The notes under the pieces were generated by a model. That model worked only from the letters and a program-made list of their open reading frames with translations, searched no databases and was not told the DNA's origin. Below are positions 32,357 to 42,235 of a DNA stretch of 64,000 nucleotides, one piece after another. The translations under genes and the position numbers were made by a program. Each line of letters opens with the position of its first letter. Positions within the stretch are counted from its first letter, which is position 1. Source of the DNA: an uncultured Gemmatimonadales bacterium (GTDB lineage: Bacteria; Gemmatimonadota; Gemmatimonadetes; Gemmatimonadales; GWC2-71-9); contig CAVOGR010000007.1 of the NCBI GenBank assembly GCA_963695555.1, positions 736,001 to 800,000 on the forward strand, given 5' to 3'.

Positions 32357-35300
32357 TCAGGGCCGTGGTCGGACGCGCCTGAAACCGGGAAGCAGGGCCG
32401 GCAAGACCACGAGGGCCGCCAGGGTGCCGGCAGCCACGCCGCCGGTCGTAGCCAGCGCAATCGACCCAAAGAGGCTGTCCGACTCGGTCCCGATGGCGAG
32501 CGGGAGCAGGCTGGCCAAGGTGGTCAGGGTGACCAACACGATCATGCCGGCACGATCGCGGCAGGCGGACACGACTTCCTGCTTGGTGAGCCCAGCCCTT
32601 CCGGTTTGCGCGAGCCGCCGACGGCGCTTTTCGAGCGCCGCGTCGATCAACAGGATCGCCTGGTTGACCGCGAGGCCCACCACCAGAATCACCCCGACGG
32701 CGGCCTCACGCGTGAAGGCAGCCTTGGCAATCCAAAAGGCCGCCCCGACTCCACCCAACGCCAACGGCAGGCTCAGGAACACTACGCCCGCCGCCCACAC
32801 CGAATCGAACACCATCGCCACCACGAGAATCACCAGCGTCACGCCCACGCCGAAGACCAGCCACAGCCCCTTACCGCTCTCGTCTTCTTCCCACGCGAAC
32901 ACCTCGTCATCGACCTGGTAGCCGGCAGGCACGCCGATCGATGCCATGAACGCGTCGTGGGTTCTCCGGGCAAGCTTGCTTGGCCCCCGGAAATCGTAGC
33001 TCAAAATCCTGACGTACTGCTGATCTTCCCGGCTGATGTTGCTGAGGGTTTCGCGCTCACCCACGCGCGCCAGGTCGCCGATCCGCACCGGGGCGCTTAC
33101 CGCATTGGGGACCACGGCGGAGCGCAGTTCGTCGAGCGTACGCTCGACAGCGCCCGCGGTCTTGAGTGTGACCGGCAACTCTTCTCCGTCGATCTCGATT
33201 CGTTGACTGCCCGCAGGTCCGCGGACCTCGCGGGCTACCGCCGCGGCCAGTTCGGCGCCGGTGATGCCGTGCCGGGCCAGGGCGTCGCGGTCGGGCTCCA
33301 ACGTCACCGTAAAGGCCTTCTCGCGGAACCAGAAGCTGCCCGCATTGACATCGACGTCCCGTACCCGGCGAATGCGCTCCAAGCGTGCCTTGAGATCATA
33401 GGCCAGGCGCTCGACGCCTGAGAACGAATAGCCGAGAATCTTGATTCGAAAGGACACGCTGCCGCCGCCACCGAATCCCGAGCTGAAGCCGGGTCCCTGA
33501 CCACGAACCGCGACCCGTGCCCCACCGATGAAGACCGCCCGCTGGGTCAGCGCCTCTTCGAGTTGGCGCGGCAAGGCGGTGAGTCCCGCATCCTTCTCGA
33601 ACAGGACCTGCATGCTGGCGCCCCCGCCAAACCCGCGTCGCGTTCCGCCACCGGCGGTGACGACCTGCTCGACGCCCGGCACTCCCACTACGAGGGTTTC
33701 GAATTCCCGCATCCCGCGATCGAGGCTCTCCGGATCCGATCCGCGGGGGAAGCTCAAGAAGACGGACAGCGTGGTCCGTTGTCCAAACCAATCGCCCCAC
33801 GAGGTGCGCGGAACCTTGGTGATGAACCCCCAGGTCACGAGCCCGAGCGCTCCGACAGCTAAACCGAGCGTGACCCAGCGCCACCGAAGCAGTCGAATCA
33901 CCACCCGCCGGTAGAACCGGCTCATCCGTGGCCAGTGCGCCTTCGACGCCCCGTGCCCGGCGCTCAAGGCGGGAATCATGATCACGGCCGAAACAACCGA
34001 ACATCCGAGGGCCAGGGCGAACGCGGCGGCAAAGGGCATGAAGGCAGCGCGGGCATTGCCTTGCAAATAGAGGAACGGGAAGAGCACCACGGCGGTGGTC
34101 ATGGTCGCACCGAGGAGCGCCGGCAGAATCCGGACCCCGACTTCCGTCCGGCCCTCGGTCGTGTCCGGCGCCCGCCGGAGCCGCTCCACCACGACGAGGC
34201 CGTTCTGAACCAGAATCCCAACACCCATCCCCAGCCCGGCGAGGGTAAGGAGGTTGGCGGGGATACCCAGGAGATACAAACCGAGCGCCGTACCGAAGAT
34301 GGCCACCGCCGCGCTGCCGAGCACCAGCAGCACCGACTTGGCATTGCGCAGCGTGACGGCAAGTACCAACGCGACCAGCACAAAGGCGATCGCACCGCGT
34401 CGGCCGAGATCGCGCAGTTGCTTGGCCAGGTCGACGCTTTCGTCCGTGGCGACGGAGAGGCGGAGCCCTTCGGGCAGGGCGGGTTCGAGCTCGTTCATCA
34501 GACGTCGAACCCCCGCCGCGGTCTTGATCGCGTCCGCCCCGGGCAACCGCGAAATGCGCATCGAGACGGCGGGGCGACCGTTGATTCGATAGAAGCTGCC
34601 TCTGGCATCTTCCTCCTGCCGAATCGACGTGATGTCGGACAATTGATAGACCAACCCGCCCGCTCCGCGCACGGGCAATCGGCCGAGATCGTCGAGCGCT
34701 CCGGGCTGATCGCGGAGCACGACGCGTCGTTCCGTCGCGCCGGCCTGGTCCTCACCCAGCGAGCGGACCACCCGCGACTGCCCCAGTACCCGCAAGAGTT
34801 CCGCGGGGCTGATGTCGAGCTGCCGCAGCTGGACCGGGTTGTACGACACCGATACGCCCAAGTCGGCCCCGCCCGATGGCTCGCCGACGGCCACGCCGGG
34901 AATTGCGCTCACCCGGGGAAGGATGCGTTCGCGCGCAATGCGCTCGAGGGCGCCGGGAGTGTAGGGACCGGACAGGGTGTACTCGAGCAGCGGGACTTCG
35001 TCCAGTTCCTCGGGCACGAAGTTGGTGACCGAGGCTGGCGTCGTCCCCGGCGGGAACTCCGGACGCAGCAGCTCGAGGCGCTCGAGAATTCCCAACCGTG
35101 CCATCTGCACGTTTGCGTCGGGCTCGAGCTCGACCTCGAGCGACGCGAAGCCCTCGCGCGATTCGCTCGACGTCTTCTTGACGCCCCGGACTGCTTGGGT
35201 AGCCGCCTCGACGGGGGCGGTGAGATACATTTCGACCAGTTCGGCCGCCGAGCCGGGCCAACCGATGGTAATCTGCAGGCGCGGCAGCTCGACCGTCGTC

Positions 35301-35404
35301 TTGGTGGCAAGCGGTAGCCGCGTGAACGCTACCGCTCCCGCGAGAATAATGGCGACCGCAACGGCCCAGATCACCGCCGGCCGTCGGACAGCCCACCCGA
35401 TCAC
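32357..35404 (-). CDS. RND efflux permease (AcrB family), divergent subunit
   Basis: 1015 aa RND architecture; NLLTLAGL, AMVFDS...LPLALGG, TTLASLLPLA. TM4 reads GILVQNG. Confidence 0.88.
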   Translation of the reverse strand: MIGWAVRRPAVIWAVAVAIILAGAVAFTRLPLATKTTVELPRLQITIGWPGSAAELVEMYLTAPVEAATQAVRGVKKTSSESREGFASLEVELEPDANVQMARLGILERLELLRPEFPPGTTPASVTNFVPEELDEVPLLEYTLSGPYTPGALERIARERILPRVSAIPGVAVGEPSGGADLGVSVSYNPVQLRQLDISPAELLRVLGQSRVVRSLGEDQAGATERRVVLRDQPGALDDLGRLPVRGAGGLVYQLSDITSIRQEEDARGSFYRINGRPAVSMRISRLPGADAIKTAAGVRRLMNELEPALPEGLRLSVATDESVDLAKQLRDLGRRGAIAFVLVALVLAVTLRNAKSVLLVLGSAAVAIFGTALGLYLLGIPANLLTLAGLGMGVGILVQNGLVVVERLRRAPDTTEGRTEVGVRILPALLGATMTTAVVLFPFLYLQGNARAAFMPFAAAFALALGCSVVSAVIMIPALSAGHGASKAHWPRMSRFYRRVVIRLLRWRWVTLGLAVGALGLVTWGFITKVPRTSWGDWFGQRTTLSVFLSFPRGSDPESLDRGMREFETLVVGVPGVEQVVTAGGGTRRGFGGGASMQVLFEKDAGLTALPRQLEEALTQRAVFIGGARVAVRGQGPGFSSGFGGGGSVSFRIKILGYSFSGVERLAYDLKARLERIRRVRDVDVNAGSFWFREKAFTVTLEPDRDALARHGITGAELAAAVAREVRGPAGSQRIEIDGEELPVTLKTAGAVERTLDELRSAVVPNAVSAPVRIGDLARVGERETLSNISREDQQYVRILSYDFRGPSKLARRTHDAFMASIGVPAGYQVDDEVFAWEEDESGKGLWLVFGVGVTLVILVVAMVFDSVWAAGVVFLSLPLALGGVGAAFWIAKAAFTREAAVGVILVVGLAVNQAILLIDAALEKRRRRLAQTGRAGLTKQEVVSACRDRAGMIVLVTLTTLASLLPLAIGTESDSLFGSIALATTGGVAAGTLAALVVLPALLPGFRRVRPRP

Positions 35405-38400
35405 TCCGCCCCTCCGACACCGGCCGGCACCGTCGCGGTTTCTTCACCGGACCGACGCCGACTCGCGGCACCGCCTTTCCACCGCTCCACGACGACGTAC
35501 CCGGCGGGCATTAGAAAGAAGGTCACCACCAGCGCGCTCGCGGCACCGCCGATCACGCTCGCCGCCAGCGGCTGATAGAGCGCGCCACCGCTGCCGAACC
35601 CGAACACCAGCGGGAACACACCCGCGATGGTAGTCAACGAGGTCATGACCACCGGTCGGAGCCGCTGACGCCCACCCAACGCAATGGCCTCTTCCAACGG
35701 GTGCCCCGCTTGGCGGAACCGCTCGATGGCCGCGAGCTTCACCACCGCATCGTTGTCTGCGATGCCGATCATGACGATCAAGCCGATGAGCGACACGGCA
35801 TTGAGGCTTTGTCCGGTGAGCCACAGGGCGATGATGCCGCCGCCTGCGGCAAGCGGAACGGTGAGCATGACGACGAGCGGTGTCGTGAAGGACGCAAACT
35901 CACCGGCTAGCACCAGGAACACCAAGGCCACCGAGAGCACCGCCACCAAGCCGAATTCCGAAATGGTCCGGCGTTGTTCGATGTCGGCGCCGGTGAGTTC
36001 CCACGTGACACCGGGCGGTGCGCCGGCCGCCGTGAGGCGCTTGGCGACCTCCGCCGCGGCGCGAGCCGTGCCGCCGCGCTCGACCCCGGCTTCGACGATC
36101 GACACCGGCCGCTGGTTGACCCGCACCACCTCGATCGGAGCCCGCGTCTCCTTTACCGAAACGAGTTGCCCCACCGGAATGCCGCCCACCTGTGTTGTGA
36201 GCGCCGTGGCCAGATCCTCGTTGGCCGCCCCAGCAAGCCGCACGCGAATCGGCGTCCGCCGGTCGGTTTCCCTGAGTTCCGTGGCCTCGACACCGCCGAG
36301 TCCACCTGCCAACGCATCCGCCACGGTCTCGACGTCGAGGCCGTGCTCCGCAATGCGATCCCGGCGGAATTCGATCTCGACCACCGCTTGGGTTCCGCCG
36401 TAGGCATCGCGCACATCGACGAGAGTGGGAATGCTGTCGAGCACGGCCTCTGCCACGGCGGCCCACGCCTCCGCTTCATCCGGTCTGGCGGCTCCGACTT
36501 CGACCCGCACGATGCGCCCTTCACGACCGATGAGGCTGCCGAATTCCGATTGCCCTGCAAGGTCGATGGCCAACGACCCGTGCGCCAGGTCGGGAACGCG
36601 AGCGCGCAGGCGATCCGCGAAGCGCGCGGCGTCGGTCCCGGCTCGGACGGGAGCGAGGAGTTGGGCCGTGCTCGACGAGCCCGGCAGAGCCCCGGACAAC
36701 ACCTCCTCGTCGGTGGCCTTTCCAATTCGGCTGTAGATCCCGGTCGACCCCGACTCCAGCGCGGCCGTTTCGATGCGCGCCACTTGGCGGGCGGTTTCTT
36801 CGATGGTGGTCCCATCGGGCAGGGTCAGCTCCACCACCAGGACCCCTTCGTCCACCTGAGGCAGGATTTCCCTGGGCAACTGGAGGGCCAACACCACCAT
36901 GAGGAGAAGGCCGGCCCCACTCAACGCGAAGACCCGCCCAGGATGAGCCAGGCTCCAGCGCAGGCCGCGTTCGTACCAGTCGCCAAACCGCCGACCGAAG
37001 GCGTCGAGCGCTTCGCGCCGAGCGCTGGGGCCGGCGGCTTCGGCCCGCGTCCGGGAGGGTGCCTGCCGTGTCCCGCGGCGGCGGCCGGCGAGGATGACAG
37101 GCAGCAATGTCAGGGCGAGCACCAAGGACGCGCCGAGCGCGGTCACGACGCTCAAGGATAAATCCCGGAACAAAGCCGCCGCGAGTCCGCGCACAAACAC
37201 GATGGGACCAAAGACCAGCAGCGTCGTGAGGGTGCCGGCGATCAGTGGACCAGCCACTTCTTCGGTTGCGCGCACGGTGGCGTCGGCCGGCGACAGGCCC
37301 GTGTGCTCGAGTCGGCCGGTAGCCTCGGACACAACGATCGCGTTGTCGACCAGGAGACCGACGCCCAAGGCGAGGCCGCCGAGCGACAAAATATTGATCG
37401 ACACGTTGAGCAGCTGGAGCAGGACCAACGCAACCAACACTGACAGCGGAACCACCAGGCCGATGGCGAGCGAGCTCCGAAGGTGACCCAGGAAGACCAG
37501 GATAACGATCAACGCGAGGGCGCCGCCGAGAAAGATCTCGCGGCCCAGGTTGGCCAGCGCAGCGGTGACGAACTCCGCTTGCGCCGCGACCACCGACATG
37601 GTGATGGCAGGAAATTCTTCCGAGAGCGTCTCGATCGTCCGGTAGATGCCCTTGGTCACGGTTACCGTGTTGGCGCCCGCGTCCTTATACACCACCAGCC
37701 CGACGGCCGGCGACCCGTCGAGCCGCGTCATGGTTTCCGGGTCGCCGCTCGCGAGCGTGATCGTGGCCAGATCGCGCAATCGGGTGCTTCCGCCGGGCGG
37801 ACCGACCGGCGTCTGGCCCACCTCGTCAACATCTTGCAGCTCCGTCAGCGCCCGGACCGAGAACCGGAACTGACCGCGGCGGATGGTCCCGCCCTGGGCC
37901 GTCGCGTTGGCATTCCGAACGGCGGTGGCAATATCGGAAGGCGAGAGGCCCAGTGCGCGCATCCGATTCGGATCAACATCGATCCGGATCTCGTCCTTGG
38001 GCGCGCCGACCACGGCCACGCTGGCCACACCCTGCAGCTGCTCGAGTCGCCGGGCGTGGACTTCTTCGCTGGTGCGCGCGATGGCGCGGAGGGTACCCGG
38101 TCCCGTAAGTCCGATGACGGCGATGGGCCGCTCACCAGGGTCGCTGGTCAGGAGCGTGGGGCGCGTGGCCCGCTCCGGCAGCTGCGACCTGACATTGTCG
38201 AGGCGCTCGCGCACGTTGAGCACGGTCGTCGCCATGTCCGTGCCCCACGCGAACCGTGCCGTCGTCGTCAACTGCCCGTTCCGGCTCACCGAACGCAGCT
38301 CGACCAGCCCCGGCGTTGCCGCGATGGCCTCTTCGATCGGCTCGGCGACGAACCGCGAGACCTCGGTGGCCGCCGCGCTTTCGTAATCGGTTCGAATGGT

Positions 38401-38535
38401 GAGAAGCGGGAGGGTCACGTCCGGCAAGAGCGACACGGGAAGCCGGCTGAGCGAAACGCTCCCGACCAAGACGAGGGCCAGCACGGCCGCGACCGTCGTG
38501 ACAGGCCGCCGGACCGCCGCGTGTGTCAGCGACAT
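35401..38535 (-). CDS. RND efflux permease (AcrB family)
   Basis: LPVSLLPD, NILSLGGLALGVGLLVDNAIVV, RLRPVVMTSLTT. Confidence 0.92.
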   Translation of the reverse strand: MSLTHAAVRRPVTTVAAVLALVLVGSVSLSRLPVSLLPDVTLPLLTIRTDYESAAATEVSRFVAEPIEEAIAATPGLVELRSVSRNGQLTTTARFAWGTDMATTVLNVRERLDNVRSQLPERATRPTLLTSDPGERPIAVIGLTGPGTLRAIARTSEEVHARRLEQLQGVASVAVVGAPKDEIRIDVDPNRMRALGLSPSDIATAVRNANATAQGGTIRRGQFRFSVRALTELQDVDEVGQTPVGPPGGSTRLRDLATITLASGDPETMTRLDGSPAVGLVVYKDAGANTVTVTKGIYRTIETLSEEFPAITMSVVAAQAEFVTAALANLGREIFLGGALALIVILVFLGHLRSSLAIGLVVPLSVLVALVLLQLLNVSINILSLGGLALGVGLLVDNAIVVSEATGRLEHTGLSPADATVRATEEVAGPLIAGTLTTLLVFGPIVFVRGLAAALFRDLSLSVVTALGASLVLALTLLPVILAGRRRGTRQAPSRTRAEAAGPSARREALDAFGRRFGDWYERGLRWSLAHPGRVFALSGAGLLLMVVLALQLPREILPQVDEGVLVVELTLPDGTTIEETARQVARIETAALESGSTGIYSRIGKATDEEVLSGALPGSSSTAQLLAPVRAGTDAARFADRLRARVPDLAHGSLAIDLAGQSEFGSLIGREGRIVRVEVGAARPDEAEAWAAVAEAVLDSIPTLVDVRDAYGGTQAVVEIEFRRDRIAEHGLDVETVADALAGGLGGVEATELRETDRRTPIRVRLAGAANEDLATALTTQVGGIPVGQLVSVKETRAPIEVVRVNQRPVSIVEAGVERGGTARAAAEVAKRLTAAGAPPGVTWELTGADIEQRRTISEFGLVAVLSVALVFLVLAGEFASFTTPLVVMLTVPLAAGGGIIALWLTGQSLNAVSLIGLIVMIGIADNDAVVKLAAIERFRQAGHPLEEAIALGGRQRLRPVVMTSLTTIAGVFPLVFGFGSGGALYQPLAASVIGGAASALVVTFFLMPAGYVVVERWKGGAASRRRSGEETATVPAGVGGAE

Positions 38536-38573
38536 GGCAAACCAGATCTACGGCCGGCCGGCACGGCTCCCGC

Positions 38574-39737
38574 TCATGGCGTGGTGGGCCGCTCGGCGAC
38601 CGTCTCGAGCCGGACCGGCGCATCGTGGGTAAGGGTGAGATGACCCTCGATGAGCACGGTGTCGCCAACCGCAACCGGGATCAGCCCCGACACCGAGTCG
38701 GGTTCCACCGCGGTGTCGACGCCGTTGGTACGGCCCGGGGTGATGTAGACCCACTGGGCGCGCCCGTCCTTCACCACGAAGACCAACGGGCGGCCGTCCC
38801 GCTCGATCACCGCACGGGCCGGCACCAGAATCCGGTCGGCCAGCCGGGTGGCCTCCAAACGCACGTCGGCGTACATGCCCGGCCGCAGGGTTCCGTCTCC
38901 CCGGATCTGGACCAGTGCACGGCCGGTGCGGGTGACGCTGTCGACGACCGGCAGGACGGTCGCGATGCGTCCGACGACCGGGCGATCCGGTGTGGCCGCG
39001 GTGGTGATCACGGCCTGGCCGCCCGGCTTGATCAGCGGAAGATCGTGCTCGAGCACCGACGCCTCGAGCCGGAGGTTCGTCATGTCCACCACGACGGCGA
39101 CTTCCTGGCTTACACTGAGCCGCTCACCCACGCTGACCTGCACACGATCCACCACGCCGGCAAACGGGGCGCGGATGGTAGCCCGTTCACGGTCGAGCTT
39201 GGCTTGCTCGTATCGGGCCCGCGCGGCTTTGAGGCCGCTGCGGGTTTCCGCGTTCGCGCGCCGCTCGGGCGTCGGTGCCTGCCCCGATACGATCGAATCC
39301 GGCAGCAGGTTGTCGACGTAGCGGAGCTGCGCCTCGTCGAGTGCGGCCTCGGACTCTTCGAGGGCCAGGTCGAAGGGCCGCGGATCCAGCTGGACCAGGG
39401 CTTGCCCGGCCGCGACACGGCGGCCCGGCCGCACCAGCACTTGCTGGACCGTGCCGGTCGCTTCGGCGCGCAAGGTGGCTGAGGCCTCCGAGCGCACTTG
39501 CCCGGTGGTGGTCACCGACAGGAGCAGGTCGCCTTTCCGGACAGTCTGACCGACCACCGGCAGCGACAGGGTGCTCGACGCTTCGGCGCCCTCATTGTCG
39601 TTGTCTCCCTCCGCCGCCTTGGCCTTGCATCCTGCCGCAAGCGCCGTCATCGCCATGATCAGCAGGAGGCCGGAGTAGCTCCTCAGGTTCGCCACGTGCA
39701 TAGAGTTCTCCAGGCCAGGCGCGTCCACTTCTTTCAT
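38574..39737 (-). CDS. RND periplasmic adaptor (membrane fusion lipoprotein)
   Basis: Lipobox AAGC; IRAPFAGVV, LRPGMYADV, VPARAVIERDGR. The start may be the ATG at 39701. Confidence 0.9.
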   Translation of the reverse strand: MKEVDAPGLENSMHVANLRSYSGLLLIMAMTALAAGCKAKAAEGDNDNEGAEASSTLSLPVVGQTVRKGDLLLSVTTTGQVRSEASATLRAEATGTVQQVLVRPGRRVAAGQALVQLDPRPFDLALEESEAALDEAQLRYVDNLLPDSIVSGQAPTPERRANAETRSGLKAARARYEQAKLDRERATIRAPFAGVVDRVQVSVGERLSVSQEVAVVVDMTNLRLEASVLEHDLPLIKPGGQAVITTAATPDRPVVGRIATVLPVVDSVTRTGRALVQIRGDGTLRPGMYADVRLEATRLADRILVPARAVIERDGRPLVFVVKDGRAQWVYITPGRTNGVDTAVEPDSVSGLIPVAVGDTVLIEGHLTLTHDAPVRLETVAERPTTP

Positions 39738-41041
39738 GAGAGCGGCCGTCCGATAATGGCTTCGATTTGCGCTTTGGCGCGCAGGAAGTCGACGCCCGCG
39801 CTTACCGCCGCTTCCTCAGCGCGTGTCAGCGATTCTTGTGACGTCAGCACTTCGACGTACGTGATCGAGCCCAAGCGGTAGCGTTCGAGCTGAACCCGAA
39901 GATCCGCCTGTGCCGCTTCGAGACTCAGCTTGGTCACGTCGATCCGGACCCGCGCCGTGGTCAGCGCTGCGAGCTGGGCCGTGAGGCTGGCCTCGACCTG
40001 GCGGCGATCGTCGGCCAGCGTGGCCGCCACGTTATCGAATAGTACCGAGCTTTGATCGAGCTGCCGCTCGCGATTGAATCGATCGAACAGAGTCCAGCTG
40101 AGGCCCACGTTGATGTTCGAGGTTCGCTGAAGGTCGTAGTCGTCCAACTGGCTGCCGGAAAGCTGCGTATTGGCGCTCAAGCTCAAGGAAGGCCAATACC
40201 CCGACTTGGCGGCGGTGACTTGGGCCCGCGCCGACCGCATGTTCGCATCAGACGCCAGGATCCGGGGCGATCGCTCGATGGCTTCCTGCAGCAACACATC
40301 AGGGTCCAGGTCCATGTCGGTGGTATACAGCGACGGGTCGTCCACCGCCGAGATGCGCCCCTGTTCGCCTATCAGACGTGCCAGATTGGCCTCTGCCGTA
40401 GCCAGTTGACGCTCGGCTTCGAGCAGCTGCACACGGGCCTCGCCGAGCGTCACCACCGCACGGAGCGAGTCCGACACCGTCGCGGCCCCGGTGCTGAGTT
40501 TGGCCACCGCGATCTTGAATTGCTCTTCGGCTCGCGTGATGCCTGCCTCCCGAGCCCGGACCAACTGCTGCCCCGCGAGCGCATTGAAGAACTCGAGGCT
40601 GGTGGCCAGCGCCACCTGCGCTTCTTGATCGGCGAGCGAGGCCTCGCTCGCCTCGCGATCCGCCTTGGCGGACCGAATGGTTGCCTCGCGGCGGAAACCA
40701 TCGAATAGAATCAGGCTCGAATTGATGCCGAAGTTGACGCTCCTATTGGAGTTGAGGCCGGTGAGGAGCTCGCCCGTTTGGGGGTCGAGCCGCGATTGGG
40801 CCTGTGGGAAGAACGACTGGCCGGCGCCCGCGCTCCCGGACAACGACGGGAGGTAGGCGCTGTACGCCGACCGGACATCAGAGCCGGCTACCGCGAGCGC
40901 ACCGCGAGCCTGAACCACGGCCGGCTGTACCCGCCGGGCCATGGCAATGGCCTCGGCCAAGGTCACGGCCCGCTGTTGGGCCCCAAGCGGCGCGACCAGG
41001 AGAAGCCAGCACAGCCCTGCCGCGAAATGGATTGGTTTCAC
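39734..41041 (-). CDS. TolC-family outer-membrane efflux protein
   Basis: GGAGG then GTG at 41041; signal peptide; TLAEAIAMA, YLPSL, LFDGF, ERYRLG. Confidence 0.9.
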   Translation of the reverse strand: MKPIHFAAGLCWLLLVAPLGAQQRAVTLAEAIAMARRVQPAVVQARGALAVAGSDVRSAYSAYLPSLSGSAGAGQSFFPQAQSRLDPQTGELLTGLNSNRSVNFGINSSLILFDGFRREATIRSAKADREASEASLADQEAQVALATSLEFFNALAGQQLVRAREAGITRAEEQFKIAVAKLSTGAATVSDSLRAVVTLGEARVQLLEAERQLATAEANLARLIGEQGRISAVDDPSLYTTDMDLDPDVLLQEAIERSPRILASDANMRSARAQVTAAKSGYWPSLSLSANTQLSGSQLDDYDLQRTSNINVGLSWTLFDRFNRERQLDQSSVLFDNVAATLADDRRQVEASLTAQLAALTTARVRIDVTKLSLEAAQADLRVQLERYRLGSITYVEVLTSQESLTRAEEAAVSAGVDFLRAKAQIEAIIGRPLS

Positions 41042-41250
41042 GACGCTCGTCACCTCCGGTCTCCATATCCCATTACCACAACGATGCATTGGGACGCCGT
41101 GGCGTCGCTCCTGAGCGCAAACGACCTCACCTGTGGCCGATAGACGCCTGCGGCGGCCCAGCAATCGCGTTCAAGTTACTGTGATATGAGTGAACCGGAT
41201 ACCGGTCCGAGCGGACGCCGGCAGGGAAACGACCGGGGGTTCAGCACCTG

Positions 41251-42036
41251 CTAAAGCAGCGGCGATTCGCTCGGCTCGATCTCGAAGAAGGTCTGTTTCA
41301 GTCGATCCCAGGCCGCCGCATCAACGTGGGTGTGCAGCTCACTCACCAGCCTACCCCCGTCGGCCAGCACCGCGATCTCCTCCTCACCGAGCAAGGTACT
41401 GATCAGCCGGTCCACCTCACGCTGGAACCAGGCCTGCGCCCGATCCCCGCGTAACAGGCGCCGGCGCTCGCGACGGAGTCCCTTCCCCTCGAGCTTCACT
41501 ACCCACCCCTCACCGTAGGGGTCCTCGTTCAACAACGTCGGCCGCCGGCCGAGGGACGCATTGTGACCCACCACCGTTCCCGACACCGGGGCACGCAGGT
41601 CGACGCTGCGTTCACCTTGACGCAACCGGAAGAGCGACTGACCACGGCTGACCTTGGTGCCCTTGGCGGGCAGAATTACCGTGTCGACCGGGCCCAAGGT
41701 GGCCTGCACCAAATCGTCCGCGCCCACTACCGCCTCGCCATGTCTGACCCGGGTCCACGTATGGCCGGAAGCGATGGCGACATTGGCGCCGAGTCGCAGT
41801 CCCTTATGGAACAGCATGGGTTCGAACTGCGCACCGAACCAGGTGCGGAAGGAGGGGCTCACGGCGTAGGACACAATTCCGCCTATTAACGCGACCCCGA
41901 AGACTGCGACCACCCCCGCCCGCACCATCAGCGCCGCAAGGCCCAACAGCGGCAATCCGACGACGAAGAGCGCCATCACGACTATGACGGCTCCGATTGT
42001 GAGCGCCGTTCGATACCATCGGTTTTCGGTTCGCAT
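41251..42036 (-). CDS. Membrane-anchored glycine cleavage H-like protein, lipoyl Lys absent
   Basis: Two N-terminal transmembrane helices; GcvH fold HTW..VGADD..LG...LP..G...RAPVSG.V...N....P.LLNEDPYGEGW. The ESVK loop is replaced by RQGE. C-terminal LADGG extension. Confidence 0.8.
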   Translation of the reverse strand: MRTENRWYRTALTIGAVIVVMALFVVGLPLLGLAALMVRAGVVAVFGVALIGGIVSYAVSPSFRTWFGAQFEPMLFHKGLRLGANVAIASGHTWTRVRHGEAVVGADDLVQATLGPVDTVILPAKGTKVSRGQSLFRLRQGERSVDLRAPVSGTVVGHNASLGRRPTLLNEDPYGEGWVVKLEGKGLRRERRRLLRGDRAQAWFQREVDRLISTLLGEEEIAVLADGGRLVSELHTHVDAAAWDRLKQTFFEIEPSESPLL

Positions 42037-42079
42037 GGTGCAACCTCCGAGCCTGTGCTCCAATCCCCAGCTCTCTCAA

Positions 42080-42095
42080 TGCATGCCCCGCACCA
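42080..42095 (-). promoter_or_regulatory. sigma54 (-24/-12) promoter for the membrane GcvH-like gene
   Basis: Minus strand TGGTGCGGGGCATGCA = GG-N10-GC, 44 nt before the ATG. Confidence 0.6.
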
Positions 42096-42192
42096 CACCG
42101 GCCTGGCCTTGGGCGCGCGCTGGAAGTTCATAAATTGCAATAGTTTTCGCCGTTTCATCTGGAGCTGTGTAACCACCGGACGTCATGAACCC

Positions 42193-42230
42193 TGACGAAT
42201 TCGTCAACATGACTGTTGAGAAGATCAACA
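42193..42230. promoter_or_regulatory. Tandem enhancer (UAS) sites for a sigma54 activator
   Basis: TGACGAATTCGTCAACA (42193) and TGTTGAGAAGATCAACA (42214): 17-bp TGT-N11-ACA-like dyads, 21 bp apart. Confidence 0.65.
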
Positions 42231-42235
42231 TGATG

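Noticed and set aside
42136..42152. Minus-strand CGGCGAAAACTATTGCA as a sigma54 promoter
   Set aside because: GG-to-GC spacing is 11 nt, not the required 10. The segment fits better as an IHF-like site, and a correctly spaced box exists at 42080-42095.
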